64,000 nucleotides of DNA. Source: Hydrolagus colliei. Its lineage: Eukaryota. The stretch spans positions 98,580,001 to 98,644,000 of the forward strand of contig CM068743.1 in the NCBI GenBank assembly GCA_035084275.1, in the 5' to 3' direction. Both the position numbers and the translations under genes were made by a program. The notes beneath the pieces are model-generated. The model ran no database searches, was not told the DNA's origin, and saw nothing but the letters and a program-made list of their open reading frames with translations. The first letter of the stretch is position 1, and every line of letters starts with the position of its first letter. Of the stretch, positions 52,463 to 64,000 are shown piece after piece.

Positions 52463-53236
52463 ATATTAATGATGAGAACCACAGAGGATATCTTTAGTTT
52501 TGTCTTAACATGCAGTTGATCAAGACAGCAATCGTCCTGAGTTCCAGGGTGGAAGAAGATAGGTTAGAGCTGTATGTTATCAACACATATGGGAAACTGA
52601 CTTCAAGTTTACATTTGAAATCCTACTTATTTTTAGTCAATTAGATCATTTTGTCTTAAAATTGAAAATCAAATAGAATTATAATTTTTAAATAAATTTA
52701 GTTTAAATTTGGAAGCTCCCACAACACTATTCATAAAAAGACGGGAGATTCTCCTAGGCCCTGGCTGGAAAATCCTCAAATAAAATTGGCTATTGTCTTC
52801 ATGACAGTTCGTGGGACATTTTCATGCATAAATTATCTACTGTGTTTGCCAAAAAATACTGTACTTTACGATAAATCTCATGAAGCATTTTTTAATGTTG
52901 CCTCAATGAGAAAGGTACAATATCAAATTCAAGTATTATTTTTATTATTATTTCCTTCAATAAGCATTGACAATTGACCAATTATTGACCACCACATTAA
53001 AACTATTTTTTTTAAATTCCATAATGATATGCAATCACATGTTTATAAGGCAAATAGTTGAATGGAGTAGGAATAGATAGACTTCTAAATGTTTTACCCT
53101 TAAAATGATAGTGGCAGAATACTGTGACTACTGTATTGCAGAATCTTTTAATCATACCAAAGTCCAATATTCCACAGTTCCACAGGTCTCTCAGCAAAAG
53201 TCATAAAACAGTGTCCTTAATTCCTGTAGGAAAGCT

Positions 53237-54385
53237 GCAGGAAAGAAATTGCAGAAGCTAAGTGCAGATATCTGATTTTACAGGGGCCACAACATTTTGA
53301 TGGGAAAATTCTCCAAAGGATTGAATATTTTCAATAAGTTTTTCCCACAAATGACAAAGTCACTACACTTTGTAGTATATTCTTTGAAGAACTTTTAGCT
53401 GTCTCAAAGGCGTGATAAGGTGCTATATCAAATGCAAGAATTAGTATTATTTCAGACCTTACAAGAGCATTAACAACTTATTCTGTGCTGCTGAGTAAAT
53501 TTAGAGATCTTCGTGGGTGAGTATATAATGGGATTGTTCTATTTTATGCTCACATCACCAACGTTTGTTAATTTAATAACCCGTGGAGAATCGCCTGTTT
53601 TTTATGTCCCATTTAATAATTCATAGTGAACACCCTTATTAAACTATACTCTTCAGAATCTAGGCGAGCTAGGTTCAGGGTTATTTTAATTTTATATTTG
53701 ATTAAAGTATAAAAGACATTATCCACACAAAAATGGAATTGGAAAAGATGCTTTTGCAGCAATAAAATGTTTTACAAGCCACGTGTTATCCTTTTCTGTC
53801 AGGTTTGCATGATGTAACTGTCTGTGTAACTGTCTCTGTAACCTTTCAACTGAGAATTGTAAATCTGCTTAAAGCTTTGAAGGTTAAAGAGTATTTTGTT
53901 GATGTCACTGGAGCATCCTTATTCAGAATGAAGACCACAAATACAATGGAAATATAGTGCCAGTAGGACGTCTGAGACCAATAGAGCTGGAATAATGCTG
54001 TGAGGAATTGATCTGAGATATCTTGTGAGGAGTTATTATACGTAAATGTTGGAAATTTGTTCCCTAATAACTTCTGAAGAAAGATTAACAGGGGAACCTT
54101 TTATTTTGTACTGCTTCTCAGAATCAATGAAAAGTAAACCAAGAAATACTAATGTGGTGTGAAAAATGCAGGAAAGAAACTGCAGAAGCTATGTGCATAT
54201 ATCTGATTTAACAGGAACCACAACATTTTGATTGGGATAATTGGGATAATTATACAAATGGTTAAATATTTTCATTATATTTTGCCCACAAAATACACAA
54301 ACAATACACTTTATAGTATATTCTGTGAAGCGCTTTGAGATGTCTCAATGATATGATTAGGCGCTACATCAAATGAAGGATTAAC
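53237..54385 (+). repeat. Direct repeat pair of ~200 bp (53237-53438 and 54168-54385)
   Basis: Both read gcaggaaagaaaYtgcagaagct...atctgatt...ccacaacattttgat and continue into the SINE-type tail. Confidence 0.85.
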
Positions 54386-54779
54386 AGAGGTATATCAAAT
54401 GCAAGAGTAGAATTGTGTGTTGTTAAGCACACAAATAGGTAATTAAGCCCATTGTATGAGACAATTGATCAAATCCACTTTGATCAAATCATGTGAAGCA
54501 CTTTGAAATGTATGCTTGACTTGAAAATGCTACATAAAAATGCCAGGATTAATATTTTTTATTAATATATCGTAGCATAAATTTATCTAAATCACATTTT
54601 TTCCCAGACATTCGGTGTTCTGTGACATCCATTTCTCCCCCTCTCAGTATCACTTGGTTACACAATGTTGCCATGCATTGATCTCAGATGTTTTCAATGG
54701 TTCATTTCCTTTGGTATACTCTACCTATTGAATAGGTATCATGCTTCTCAACAGAGCATGCTTTATCCTCTGCTTCTAC

Positions 54780-55500
54780 ATGAACTATGATCTCTTGATA
54801 CCCAACCTGGGCATGAATATCTCTTCCCATTGTAGTATTGTGTAACATGCAACAATCTTATATATATGTCTTGGGTTGTAATGCAAATGATCTTCCAAGT
54901 TACCCAAACTGGAAAACTCCTTTAAACCCCCAAAGATGCCTTTAGCGACAAGCCGTGTATGGGTAGCATTTTGCAGCCGCTCATCTGAGCTGTGAGTATT
55001 TGGCATAGGGGTCAGCAGCTTAGAATTTAGTCCATAGCTCCTGTGTTGTTAATCAGACCCACGGAATATGTCGTGTATGTCAGGCGACCTTAAAATATGA
55101 AAGTAGCATCTGACCTTTGGGAATTTGTTATTGACATGAATAATGCAGATATCAAAATCCCCTACTACCTACATTCAGGCTGTGGGAGCACTTTGGAGCT
55201 CGGGTTATGCCTGCAATCTATCATCCCCCTGTAACCTTGGAGAATGAGCGAGATGGTAGAAACCGAGCTGGTCATCAATGTTGTTCTTTACAGCTATTTC
55301 CAAAACAAAGGATTTAATATCTGTTAAAGCTGTTTGGCCACCTCTTCAATGGACCAGTAGTTTGTAAAATGAGTGACTCCTTCCGGTCCCCTCTTGGATT
55401 TTTGAAAGGGATAGTCTTGCAATCATTGTAACTGTTACTTTCAGGTTTATGAAAGTGCTGTTGATTTCCAGTTATGATACATAGATTCTAGCCTGAATAT
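54780..55500 (-). pseudogene. Decayed PIF/Harbinger (HARBI1-like) DDE transposase
   Basis: Minus strand, with frameshifts and stops: ALS..LKVTV..PFQ...GVTH; GFYHLAHSPRLQG-MIDCRH; KCSHSLNV-VVGD..IIHVNNKFP; SYGLNSKLLTPMPN..SDERL.NATHTR...IFGGLK...LHYNPRHIYKIVACY. These are the Harbinger motifs in the correct order. Confidence 0.8.
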
Positions 55501-55545
55501 ATCAGTTGGATCCTGGCTGGCCATCTTAAGAGCTTCATAAACTAT

Positions 55546-55865
55546 GGAGTCTTGCAGCTTGGTGGTTAGAGCACTCCCCTCCTAAGCAAGAGGACCTGGA
55601 TTCAATTCCCAGGCAGGGCAAAATGTTTGGCAAATTTTGTTATTCCGCATGCCTCTGTTTACCTAGCAGTAAGTAGGAACCTGGTTGTTAGTCGATTGGT
55701 GGATCGCTTTTCCGGGGGTATTAATACCTTAAAAAAAAATAGTTTGTGGAATATTGCTGTGTGCAATCAGGTGCCACGTTTCAACCACAAAATATGGTCA
55801 ATTAAATTTCCAGTATATTTCTCAGAAGCGCTTTGAGATGCGATTTGGCACTATATCATATCCAA
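55546..55865 (+). mobile_element. tRNA-head SINE, long form
   Basis: Carries gcctctgtttacctagcagtaagtaggaacctggttgttagtcgattgg. Confidence 0.8.
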
Positions 55866-56395
55866 AGTACAGTACTGTACAGTATTATTATTCACTGCTG
55901 CATCCTTGAAATAAGTAAGCATGGATTTCGTCCCCAAGTAACTCTTTCCATAATCCACAACAATCCACCACTGTTTGAAACAGACATATTTATGCAGTGT
56001 CTGCTACTCTCAAAATAATGCAGTTTACCTATGTCATTAAAATTGTCTGAGAATTGAGATTTACAGCACAGCTATAAGTCGACTAGGAAACTGATCACAG
56101 ATATTTAGCATGTAAATTTACTCACTACATCTTAATGCACTCCTCAAATAATGTAACTGATCTAAATTCACGTTTTCTGTGTAGTGCGTAGAATTTCAAC
56201 CCATTGAATAAAATAGGTTTACTTAGTTTTCTTGTGGTGTGTCTTATGATGTCAATTTACGTCATCCCATTATAATGCAGTGGTTGCTCCATGAATATAG
56301 ATACCACAGAAAAATGAACGGTAACAGGCATTTCCTGATTGTCTGGCTATCACTGATATTATTTCTTGAACATGTTACATGAATGATTCAGGATC

Positions 56396-56680
56396 TGGGA
56401 ATTCTAGCAATGGTGCAGTAGATAGGGCAGCCATATATCACCTGTGAGTTTGCTGGTTCAAAACTCAGTGATTACTGGTTGCACCCCTCTACTGGTTGTG
56501 AGTATGTAGCAGTTAGATGGAGAGATGTCTGGCTCAGCTATGATGCCCACGACAGTCTAATAGAGGACTTACTAATGCTCACTGCCCAACGCTCACATAT
56601 GAACAAAGATCATGTGAGAGGGGTACCAGAAGAACTGTACCCCAGCAGGAGAAGACTACATCAGAACAGAGGGGCACCAG
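56396..56680 (+). mobile_element. AmnSINE2-like ancient SINE
   Basis: tRNA-like head (ggttcaaaac), then ggctcagctatgatgccc...ctcactg...gctcacatatgaa...ggtaccaga...gaactgtaccccagca, matching the AmnSINE2 consensus as I recall it. Confidence 0.6.
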
Positions 56681-57929
56681 CCAATGAGGAGGAAATTAGA
56701 AAAATAATTGGACACACTGCACTATTTTTTAAAACGAAAAGGACAAAGATAAATAGATTTGTAGCATCAACCATTAGAATCCAGTTGAGACCAACGGCAA
56801 TTTCCTTCAAGAACATTAAATATTCCCTTGCACAAAATTGTTCACTGCTCTCATAGCTATGATCATAATATTTCATATCGCTTTTCCTTTTAGTCTAACA
56901 TCAGACCATAGATTTTGTCCATATTTCTTTACAATCAAATTCCCTCTTTCTAATATCAGAATTTGTCGTTCAAGTTATCAAATCAAAGTAGTTTTACGGG
57001 TACAAATCAGCAGGTCCCCAATTTGTTATAAAAAGGAAACAATGCTGTTGGCTTTCTAACATTTGAAGCAGTAGTTTGAAAGACAAAAAATGATATTCCA
57101 TGGCTTTGCAATCCCGCAGAACTATGTGCAGCTTGCAATTGTGCTCCAATTTGACCTTGTGACATAAGGGCAGCTGTATTACATTTTCAAATATAGAAGC
57201 CACAATGATATGAGGGCAGAGATGTGCTGAATCCGTTTATTTTCATTTCCCTTGTGGTATAATAGTCTTAAGATTTATGGTTTACAATGAAACCCTTATG
57301 GCAGTTTCATCGCACTATATACCACAGCCCATCTAGTTATCCTTTTTTTAAAAAAAATTATATTTCAGTGTCTTGCTCGTTGCTGCTTTGGGGTACTCCC
57401 TGGTGGATTAGCCCTGATGGCATTAAAAGAAAATGATTCTTGACAAATTATGACCTGCTCAACTCACTGAACTGGCTCAATCCCCTTCTTACCCTTCTTC
57501 CCATTGAGCTGGTGGAAAGCAATGATGCAGATTCCACTTCTTTGAATCATCTTTATTATTAACATGGAACTTCAATCTAAGATCTATTTGAATGATGCAG
57601 TATAGAAATAACTGGTCAATCTATTTTGCTTTTTTTTTAAAAAGCATTACAGTCAATTCACGTTACAATATATTCTGTGAAGCACATTGAGATGACTCAA
57701 AGACGTGATAAGGCACTATATCAAATGCAAGGATTATTATTATTACAGCTACAGGTTGTGACAGTTTTCTCTCTGTCAGTGCGAGCCTGAAATATTTGCA
57801 TCAAAAAGACAATTGTTTTGTATTCTGTCTTTGTAGAACCCCCAATTGACTTGTTTTTCCCTCTGGACCATTCATTCTTCAAACGGTTGAATTCATGAAA
57901 AAAATAGAGTGAGGTTACTAAACCTATAT

Positions 57930-58100
57930 TACTATAATAATAATAACCTTTGCATTTGATATGCGCTTTTCATGTCTTCTAGATGTCTCAAAGCGCTTCA
58001 CAGAATACACTGTAAAGTGAATTGACTGTACATTTATGGGCAAAACGTGGCAGCCATTTGCACAAAGCAGTGTCCCACAAACAGTCGTGGATTGAAAGGG
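57930..58100 (-). mobile_element. tRNA-head SINE family, 3' half
   Basis: Reverse complement of the body and tail. Confidence 0.85.
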
Positions 58101-58169
58101 GTTTTATAGTTTGACTCAGTTTGGCTATTCACCTTTTTATTTGAGAATTTAGTTGTAAGACAGTTGGGG

Positions 58170-58855
58170 TAATGTTCTAACCTAGAGTTCAAGTTTGATC
58201 CTAGCTGTCCTTCCTACCCACATCTGGTCCCTGATGTGGAAGGCTTTCCTCCACCTTCATCATAGTGCCTGCTTCTTACCATACCTCACACAAAACCACA
58301 GCCTCTCCAACACTTTTGTTGCTTATGCTTTGGTGACTCCAATGCCCTTCTCTTCGGTCTTCACAGTTGCACCATCCACAAAATCCTACTAATATTTAAA
58401 ATGTTGCCTCCTACATTCTCACCTATTCTAAATTCTATGTACCATTCTTATCAGTCATTGCCAGGCTCCAATTGCTCCTTACCACTTCAAGATTCTAATA
58501 CTTGTCTAAATAATCCCTTCATGCCATGGCAACTTGTTACCACTCCAACCTTCTTAATCTTCCTCCTTCAACCGCCGCCTCTGCTCAGCTGGATCCGGCC
58601 TTCTGTTTGTCCCTCATTCTGCTCCATTATCAGCAGCCATGCATTCAGCCACTTAGCACTGAAACTTCGAAACTCTATCCCTCAATACCTCTGCCTTGTC
58701 CACTTCTTCTCATTTTCAGATCATGCCTGATGACTTGCTCTTCAATCAGATTTACGGTCAGCTCCCCTTAGCTTGGAGTCAGTTTTAATAACTGTTAAGC
58801 TCTCCGAGACAGTACTCATGTGAAGGGCGCTATATAAATGGAAGTTTTTGTTGTC
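58170..58855 (+). mobile_element. Degraded L2 3' fragment
   Basis: tttgatcctagctgtccttcctaccc...gggcgctatataaatggaagtt. Confidence 0.75.
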
Positions 58856-58949
58856 CAGATTTACTCTTATTTATTCTATATTTCAGTGTCCAGAATTTGA
58901 GAGAATTTAGTTGCTTAAAATAAACTTACATAAAATTAGCTTTGAATCT

Positions 58950-59300
58950 AACAATAAAATTACATTTGTATAGCACCTCTCACATCTGAAGGATGTCCCA
59001 AGGCACTGGTCAGTCAATGTTTCAGACCCAATATAGGGTTGGGATTGAGGAGGGGGACGGAAAGGAGGGGATTTGGGGTGATTGATGGGACCGTCAAAGA
59101 GAGGTCTTGAGGCAGGACTTGAAGGAGGCTAGGGAAGGGGGTGAGGATTAGGGACTGCGGGATGGAATTCAAGTTTGGGGCAGATTGACTGAAGTCTTGC
59201 CCGACGATGGTGCGTGGGTGGGTTGGAGGACATGGAGAAGACTGAGAGGAGCGGAATGAGCGGCTAGGTTGGTTGGGGGTTAGGAGCTTGCAAAGGTAGG
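58950..59300 (-). mobile_element. L2 3' end
   Basis: Same tail type as 2581 and 47930. Confidence 0.75.
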
Positions 59301-59539
59301 AATTTGCCAATATTTATACACTCTGGAATGTAATGTTAGCAGAGTAAATCCAGATTCTGCTATTCAAATTTTTCACCTCTAATTGTATTAAAGCAGGGTG
59401 TTATGACTGCTCACAGATGTGGGAATAATTTGGGGCATGTTGTGATTGAGTGAAGATTGGCGATATTTCAGAACTGAAGTTATTGAACTTGCTTTAGTCA
59501 TGGCAGCAACACAAACGCACAAAATGGTAGCCTATCCCG

Positions 59540-59730
59540 AAAAACAATAATAAATTGGTCATTTCAATCCACGACTGTTTATGGGACACTGCTGCAAATG
59601 GCTGCCACGTTTCTCCCACATATTTACAGTCAGTTCAGTTTAGAATATATACCATGAAGCGCTTTGAGACGTCTAGAAGACATGAAAAGCGCTATATCAA
59701 ATGCAAGGATTATAGGATTATTATTATTAG
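59540..59730 (+). mobile_element. tRNA-head SINE family, 3' part
   Basis: Body and tail. Confidence 0.85.
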
Positions 59731-62700
59731 TTAATCTGATATTCTGTGCTTCCTTGCAGTTTGGCCTGCCCAAAGTAATAGTTCAAAATGATTTAACCTA
59801 CAAGGTGGCTTGGCAAGCTAAGCCCGTGGGCCATCATAGAGCCTGATAGCATTGCTGCTCTAATGAGGGACAGTCAGCTTTAGAGGCTGCAACAGATGGA
59901 ATTGTTGTGTTAGTCAGGGTTAGCCTTTGGGGACATTGTTGCAGATCACATATGTTGAAATTTTCATTGGCCTAAGGTGAAGTTTAGGATGTCAGATTGT
60001 GGCTTTTCAGTTTCACTTGATAAGATAAGATTGTAAATAAACCAAGTCAGTAAATATGTTTTTCAAATCCGCTCACTCTTCAAAAAAGTAATTTTGCTAA
60101 GTGGATTACAAGAAGGTGGCTCACAATATTTTCACCTGTCGTGGCATTATCATTATTCAGAAGAAGGGGAGGGTTATTTAAAAAGCCAATTTAATGATAC
60201 TCCTTACTTGTGTCTCAGAATTCTACATTTTTGACTTGGTATTTGTCTTTCAGATCCTAATTAATCTGCATTTTACCATTAAACTGTTAGCTCTACAAAA
60301 ATAATAATGCAATAAGATAATACTCCTTGCATTTGATATAAACCCATGTCACATTGTCATGATGTCTCAAAGTGTTATGCAGGATATCCACTAAAGGGAT
60401 TAAAGGTATATTTTGATGAAGAACCTATCAAAATTGGTTTCTGTGTCACTCCTGATTTTTTAAGACTCCCTTATGGCTTGCGTCTTTGACCCCAGTTTTG
60501 GACATCATTCCAATCCCCCGCCTCCCTCACTTAAGTGCCTGACACATGCATTCTGAGGTCATATTATTCAATTTAGCACTAGGTGTCTAAAATGTGTGTT
60601 CTTGTGAAGAGAAACAACAGCGTCCCAAGTTTTATCTACACCAGGAGCTCTCCTGCAGACCTCCTAAATAATCTGCTTCTGGATTAACTTGTAAAAAAAA
60701 ACATGACCCAACCAACATGTCCCAATTCAATGAGGAAGTAATTGAGTTTATGCTTGATTCCGAGAATCACAAATTAGCTGCCACACCACAGCATTTGAAA
60801 TTTTGACCCCTATGTGAGGTCAGTCTGGCTGTTGTTAATTCATTGCCCGTTGCACAAGAATATCCATAATGTGACACTATTGTCTCTCTCAATGAGAGTG
60901 ATCAGGGCGGTGGATAAAGAAACTGAAATTGTTACGTTAGTGCAACTGAACGTCCAATTTGATTGGACAAGGAGTACAGTAAATAAAAGAGAAATTGTCG
61001 TGCAACTGTCTACCTGATGTGGGAATGCTTTATACTTGTTGGGTGAAATAATGTACAATTATACAGAAATGTTCCAATTGCCAAACTGAAATCCTTCACA
61101 GTATTATCACCCTTCTTCGTCCCTCATCCTCTCCCATTCCAAAATGAATGTTCAATTATTTTGATCCCTTTCTTTGCTATTGGCAATAAAGGCTTTCCAA
61201 CTATTAAAACCATATTTTTTTCAGATGGCTCTAGCATCTCAAAGCATAACCTGCTGAATTTGGAGCAATGGTGCATGGTAACAATAACAACAACAAAATT
61301 ACACTTGTATAGCGCCTTTCACGTCAGGAGGACGTCCCAAGATACTGTGGAGCACCCAACATCTGCCTGCACATTCGGGTTGACAGCCAAGTAAGCATGC
61401 TGTCCAACTAAAGAACAAAGTTAAAGAATTCCTTGATGCATTGAGAATTATACTTGCTGAATGTGTTTTTCTGCCTTATTCCATCTGTGTGAAAAATCTT
61501 CCAGGAACTTTTGATTGAAAGACATATTATAGTAGAAAGCCAATTTAATATGCAGTTTATTTTTCTGAAAAAGGTAGCAGAATTATGCATCATGCACACA
61601 GATAAGTATAATTTTTAATGAGCTCGCACTGTGGTATTATACATTAACTATAGAACACATTCCTTGGAGACCCATTAACACAAATAAACAATCATCATAT
61701 GCTGTACAGAGGAACTGTGATTCTGTTTTACCATGAAAATCATTTGTCAGAGACTACAATAATCCCCAAGTACTGTACATCTTTCATAGTGGGCAAAAAC
61801 CTATTAATTCTGATTGATAAATAACATTTGGAAAAGAGAGGTAGAATTTAGATTCAACCAGGAATAGAGAGACTTGGCCACAAGACTGGGAGTAATTTGT
61901 CCTGACCAACAAGCTGCAGGAGAAATAGAACTGGGTGTTTTGAATGCTCGTGTTCTAATTTACCTAAAATAAAATAAGGCTATTTGAGCTATTCTAGTGG
62001 ACTGCACTTTGGGAGACACGTAAAATACAGATAACATCTTTAGCTGTAGGAACTATGACTTATTTCTACTGGTTTGAAAAGAATATAAGGTGCTTACTAC
62101 TAGTTAATTTTAAAATTGCACCTTTACAGTGCTTTCCAATGAGAGCCAGTATGGAGCAAAAAGTACAAATATGATACCTGTTCCAAACTCTCTGTGAGGA
62201 AGCAATACCAAATCACTTCAGCAGCATAAATGATTCACACAGCTATCACACAATAAATGAGCCAGCTGCTGTGACCTTTTCTATCATTTTAGGGCAGCAC
62301 TTCACTCTACATTTCTCGCAGCATCTTTTAACATTCTCTCTTGCAGCAAACAAACCACTTAGCTGTTTGTTGCCTTTCAGGCTACTATGTGAATGTAGCA
62401 ATGTATGATCAGGTGTATAATAGCTACAACAACAACAACAACAAAATTACAATTGTAGAGAACCCAAGTCAGGAGGACGTGAAAGGACGGGAGCTGTGTG
62501 AATCGAGAATGTTTAGTAATGCATTCGGCATTTAAAAATATCAATTCAATACAGCTTTCATAGACAGCAATGTAAAGGTATTATCACAGCAGATCAGTGC
62601 AACTATAGAAGAAAATCATATTTAATACTACAGGACTACATGTAGAGACGATTTGATATTCAAGGGAAAAATCTTCATTTATCAATAAATGTATAAACCT

Positions 62701-63443
62701 CAGTCCACTGATAATTTCCTGTATGTTGATAAATTCACCAACAATTGAAGAAGCCCCAAAGATATGATTTCACAATGTAATAGCATTTAATGTAGGGAAA
62801 TTAGCAATGCTTCCAATCATAATGAAATGCTTTCTATCAACTGTGTGCTTATATCTAGTACCAACCCCCTTTTCATCCCCAACATTTTCATTTTGCCTCT
62901 AGCATGACAAGAGTGGAAATCCATTAAAAAGTATTTGAAGCAATAAGATTGGAAGATTTTGATAAATCGTTAAAAAAAAGGGATACATTGAATCATTTAT
63001 TGATGGAACTTCATCAAGTTACGTTTTGAGCTACCCCTCCCTCCCCCAACATCTGAATGTCTGGGGTAACTGAAGTTGCTCTGAGGCACCAACTTATAAT
63101 GTTGCTAAAAATTAAAATTGTTGTTTTCTAAGCAGGAACAACTTTACAGATGCAGCTTCACAGAATATTTACTCACGCTAATGCTCTGTCCAAATATTTG
63201 CTCAGTAATATGTGAAGAACTTGATTCGCTGCAAGATCCAAGATTACAGTAATGGTTTCAAGCAAAATCAGGTATCAGGACTGTACCATATTTGAGGTGA
63301 ACAGCTACTCACCTTGTGAGCCTCAAGTGCATGAGTTGCTTTTATTTTTACAATTCTTGCTATATGGATATATTGTTTATCTGAATAATGGCTAATAGAT
63401 AAGCCACAATTTTAATAATCCATTCAGCCTCAACACAAACTCT

Positions 63444-63575
63444 CTGACGAAGGGTTGTAGACCCGAAACGTTGACTCCTTTTCCTTTCTCCATGGATGCT
63501 GCCTGACCTGTTGAGTTTCCCCAACAACTTCTGTTTTTGTTTCAGATTCCCAGCATCTGCAGTATTTTCTGTTTT
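63444..63575 (+). mobile_element. Penelope-type terminal repeat containing a minimal hammerhead ribozyme core
   Basis: CTGACGA-a-GGGT-tgtag-ACCC-GAAA-CGTT followed by ...gatgctgcctgacctgttgagt...cagcatctgcagt. Confidence 0.7.
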
Positions 63576-63739
63576 GACAAACTCTCTTATCGCTGCTTTG
63601 GAGTGTCAGCCTAGACAGTGAGCTCAAAGTCCTGAAATCCCAAACCCGGTTACTCAAGCACAAATAGCACAAAACTGGCCTCACAGTTAACCAGCATCTA
63701 TGGTTCAAGCATCTTCATACTGACTCCCTCTTGAACCCA

Positions 63740-64000
63740 AACTGCTTTCAACAGGTCATTCTCACGTAAAAAACCCTCTAAAATTCAGAGCATTGTTGGG
63801 AGAGCTTTAATTTATCATCAATCAGTTCCTTTTCATTTTCGTTACATATTATTTCCCTTCCATTCAAATAATAGTCCCTTGCACGATTTTTGTCCATATG
63901 TGAAGTGCTTTGCATTTCTCCACATTTAATTTCATCTGCCACCAATCTGTCCAATTCCCAACTATGTTCAAATCCTCCTGTAACCTATCTTATTCAGCTT
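63740..64000 (-). mobile_element. CR1 RT fragment running off the window
   Basis: catttaatttcatctgccaccaatctgtccaattc is the antisense of WxDxWQMKxN. Confidence 0.7.

Noticed and set aside
56479-56856. 125-aa ORF
   Set aside because: Largely overlaps the AmnSINE2-like element; a chance open frame.

Overview
Eukaryotic, vertebrate DNA; the repeat content suggests a cartilaginous fish, possibly a chimaera or elephant shark (inference). The only host coding sequence I can support is the last coding exon of a cerebellin gene at 47-244 (best match CBLN2), followed by its 3' UTR. The remaining ~62 kb is a gene desert filled with transposon relics. These include a high-copy tRNA-headed SINE in long and short forms, many L2 and CR1 LINE fragments, ancient Deu-domain, AmnSINE2-like and LF-SINE-like SINEs, two solo LTRs, a TA-flanked Tc1/mariner-type MITE (2 copies), a one-ended hAT-like element with a G-rich minisatellite, a decayed PIF/Harbinger transposase and Penelope-type ends with a hammerhead core. 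There is also one repeat family I cannot classify. Several stretches with no recognisable repeats are candidate conserved enhancers. Nearly all ORF-track entries are spurious or TE remnants. I see no convincing new protein-coding system; the best leads are in mobile-element biology. Family names come from recalled consensus sequences, not searches, and repeat boundaries are approximate (about +/-20 bp) unless stated exactly.
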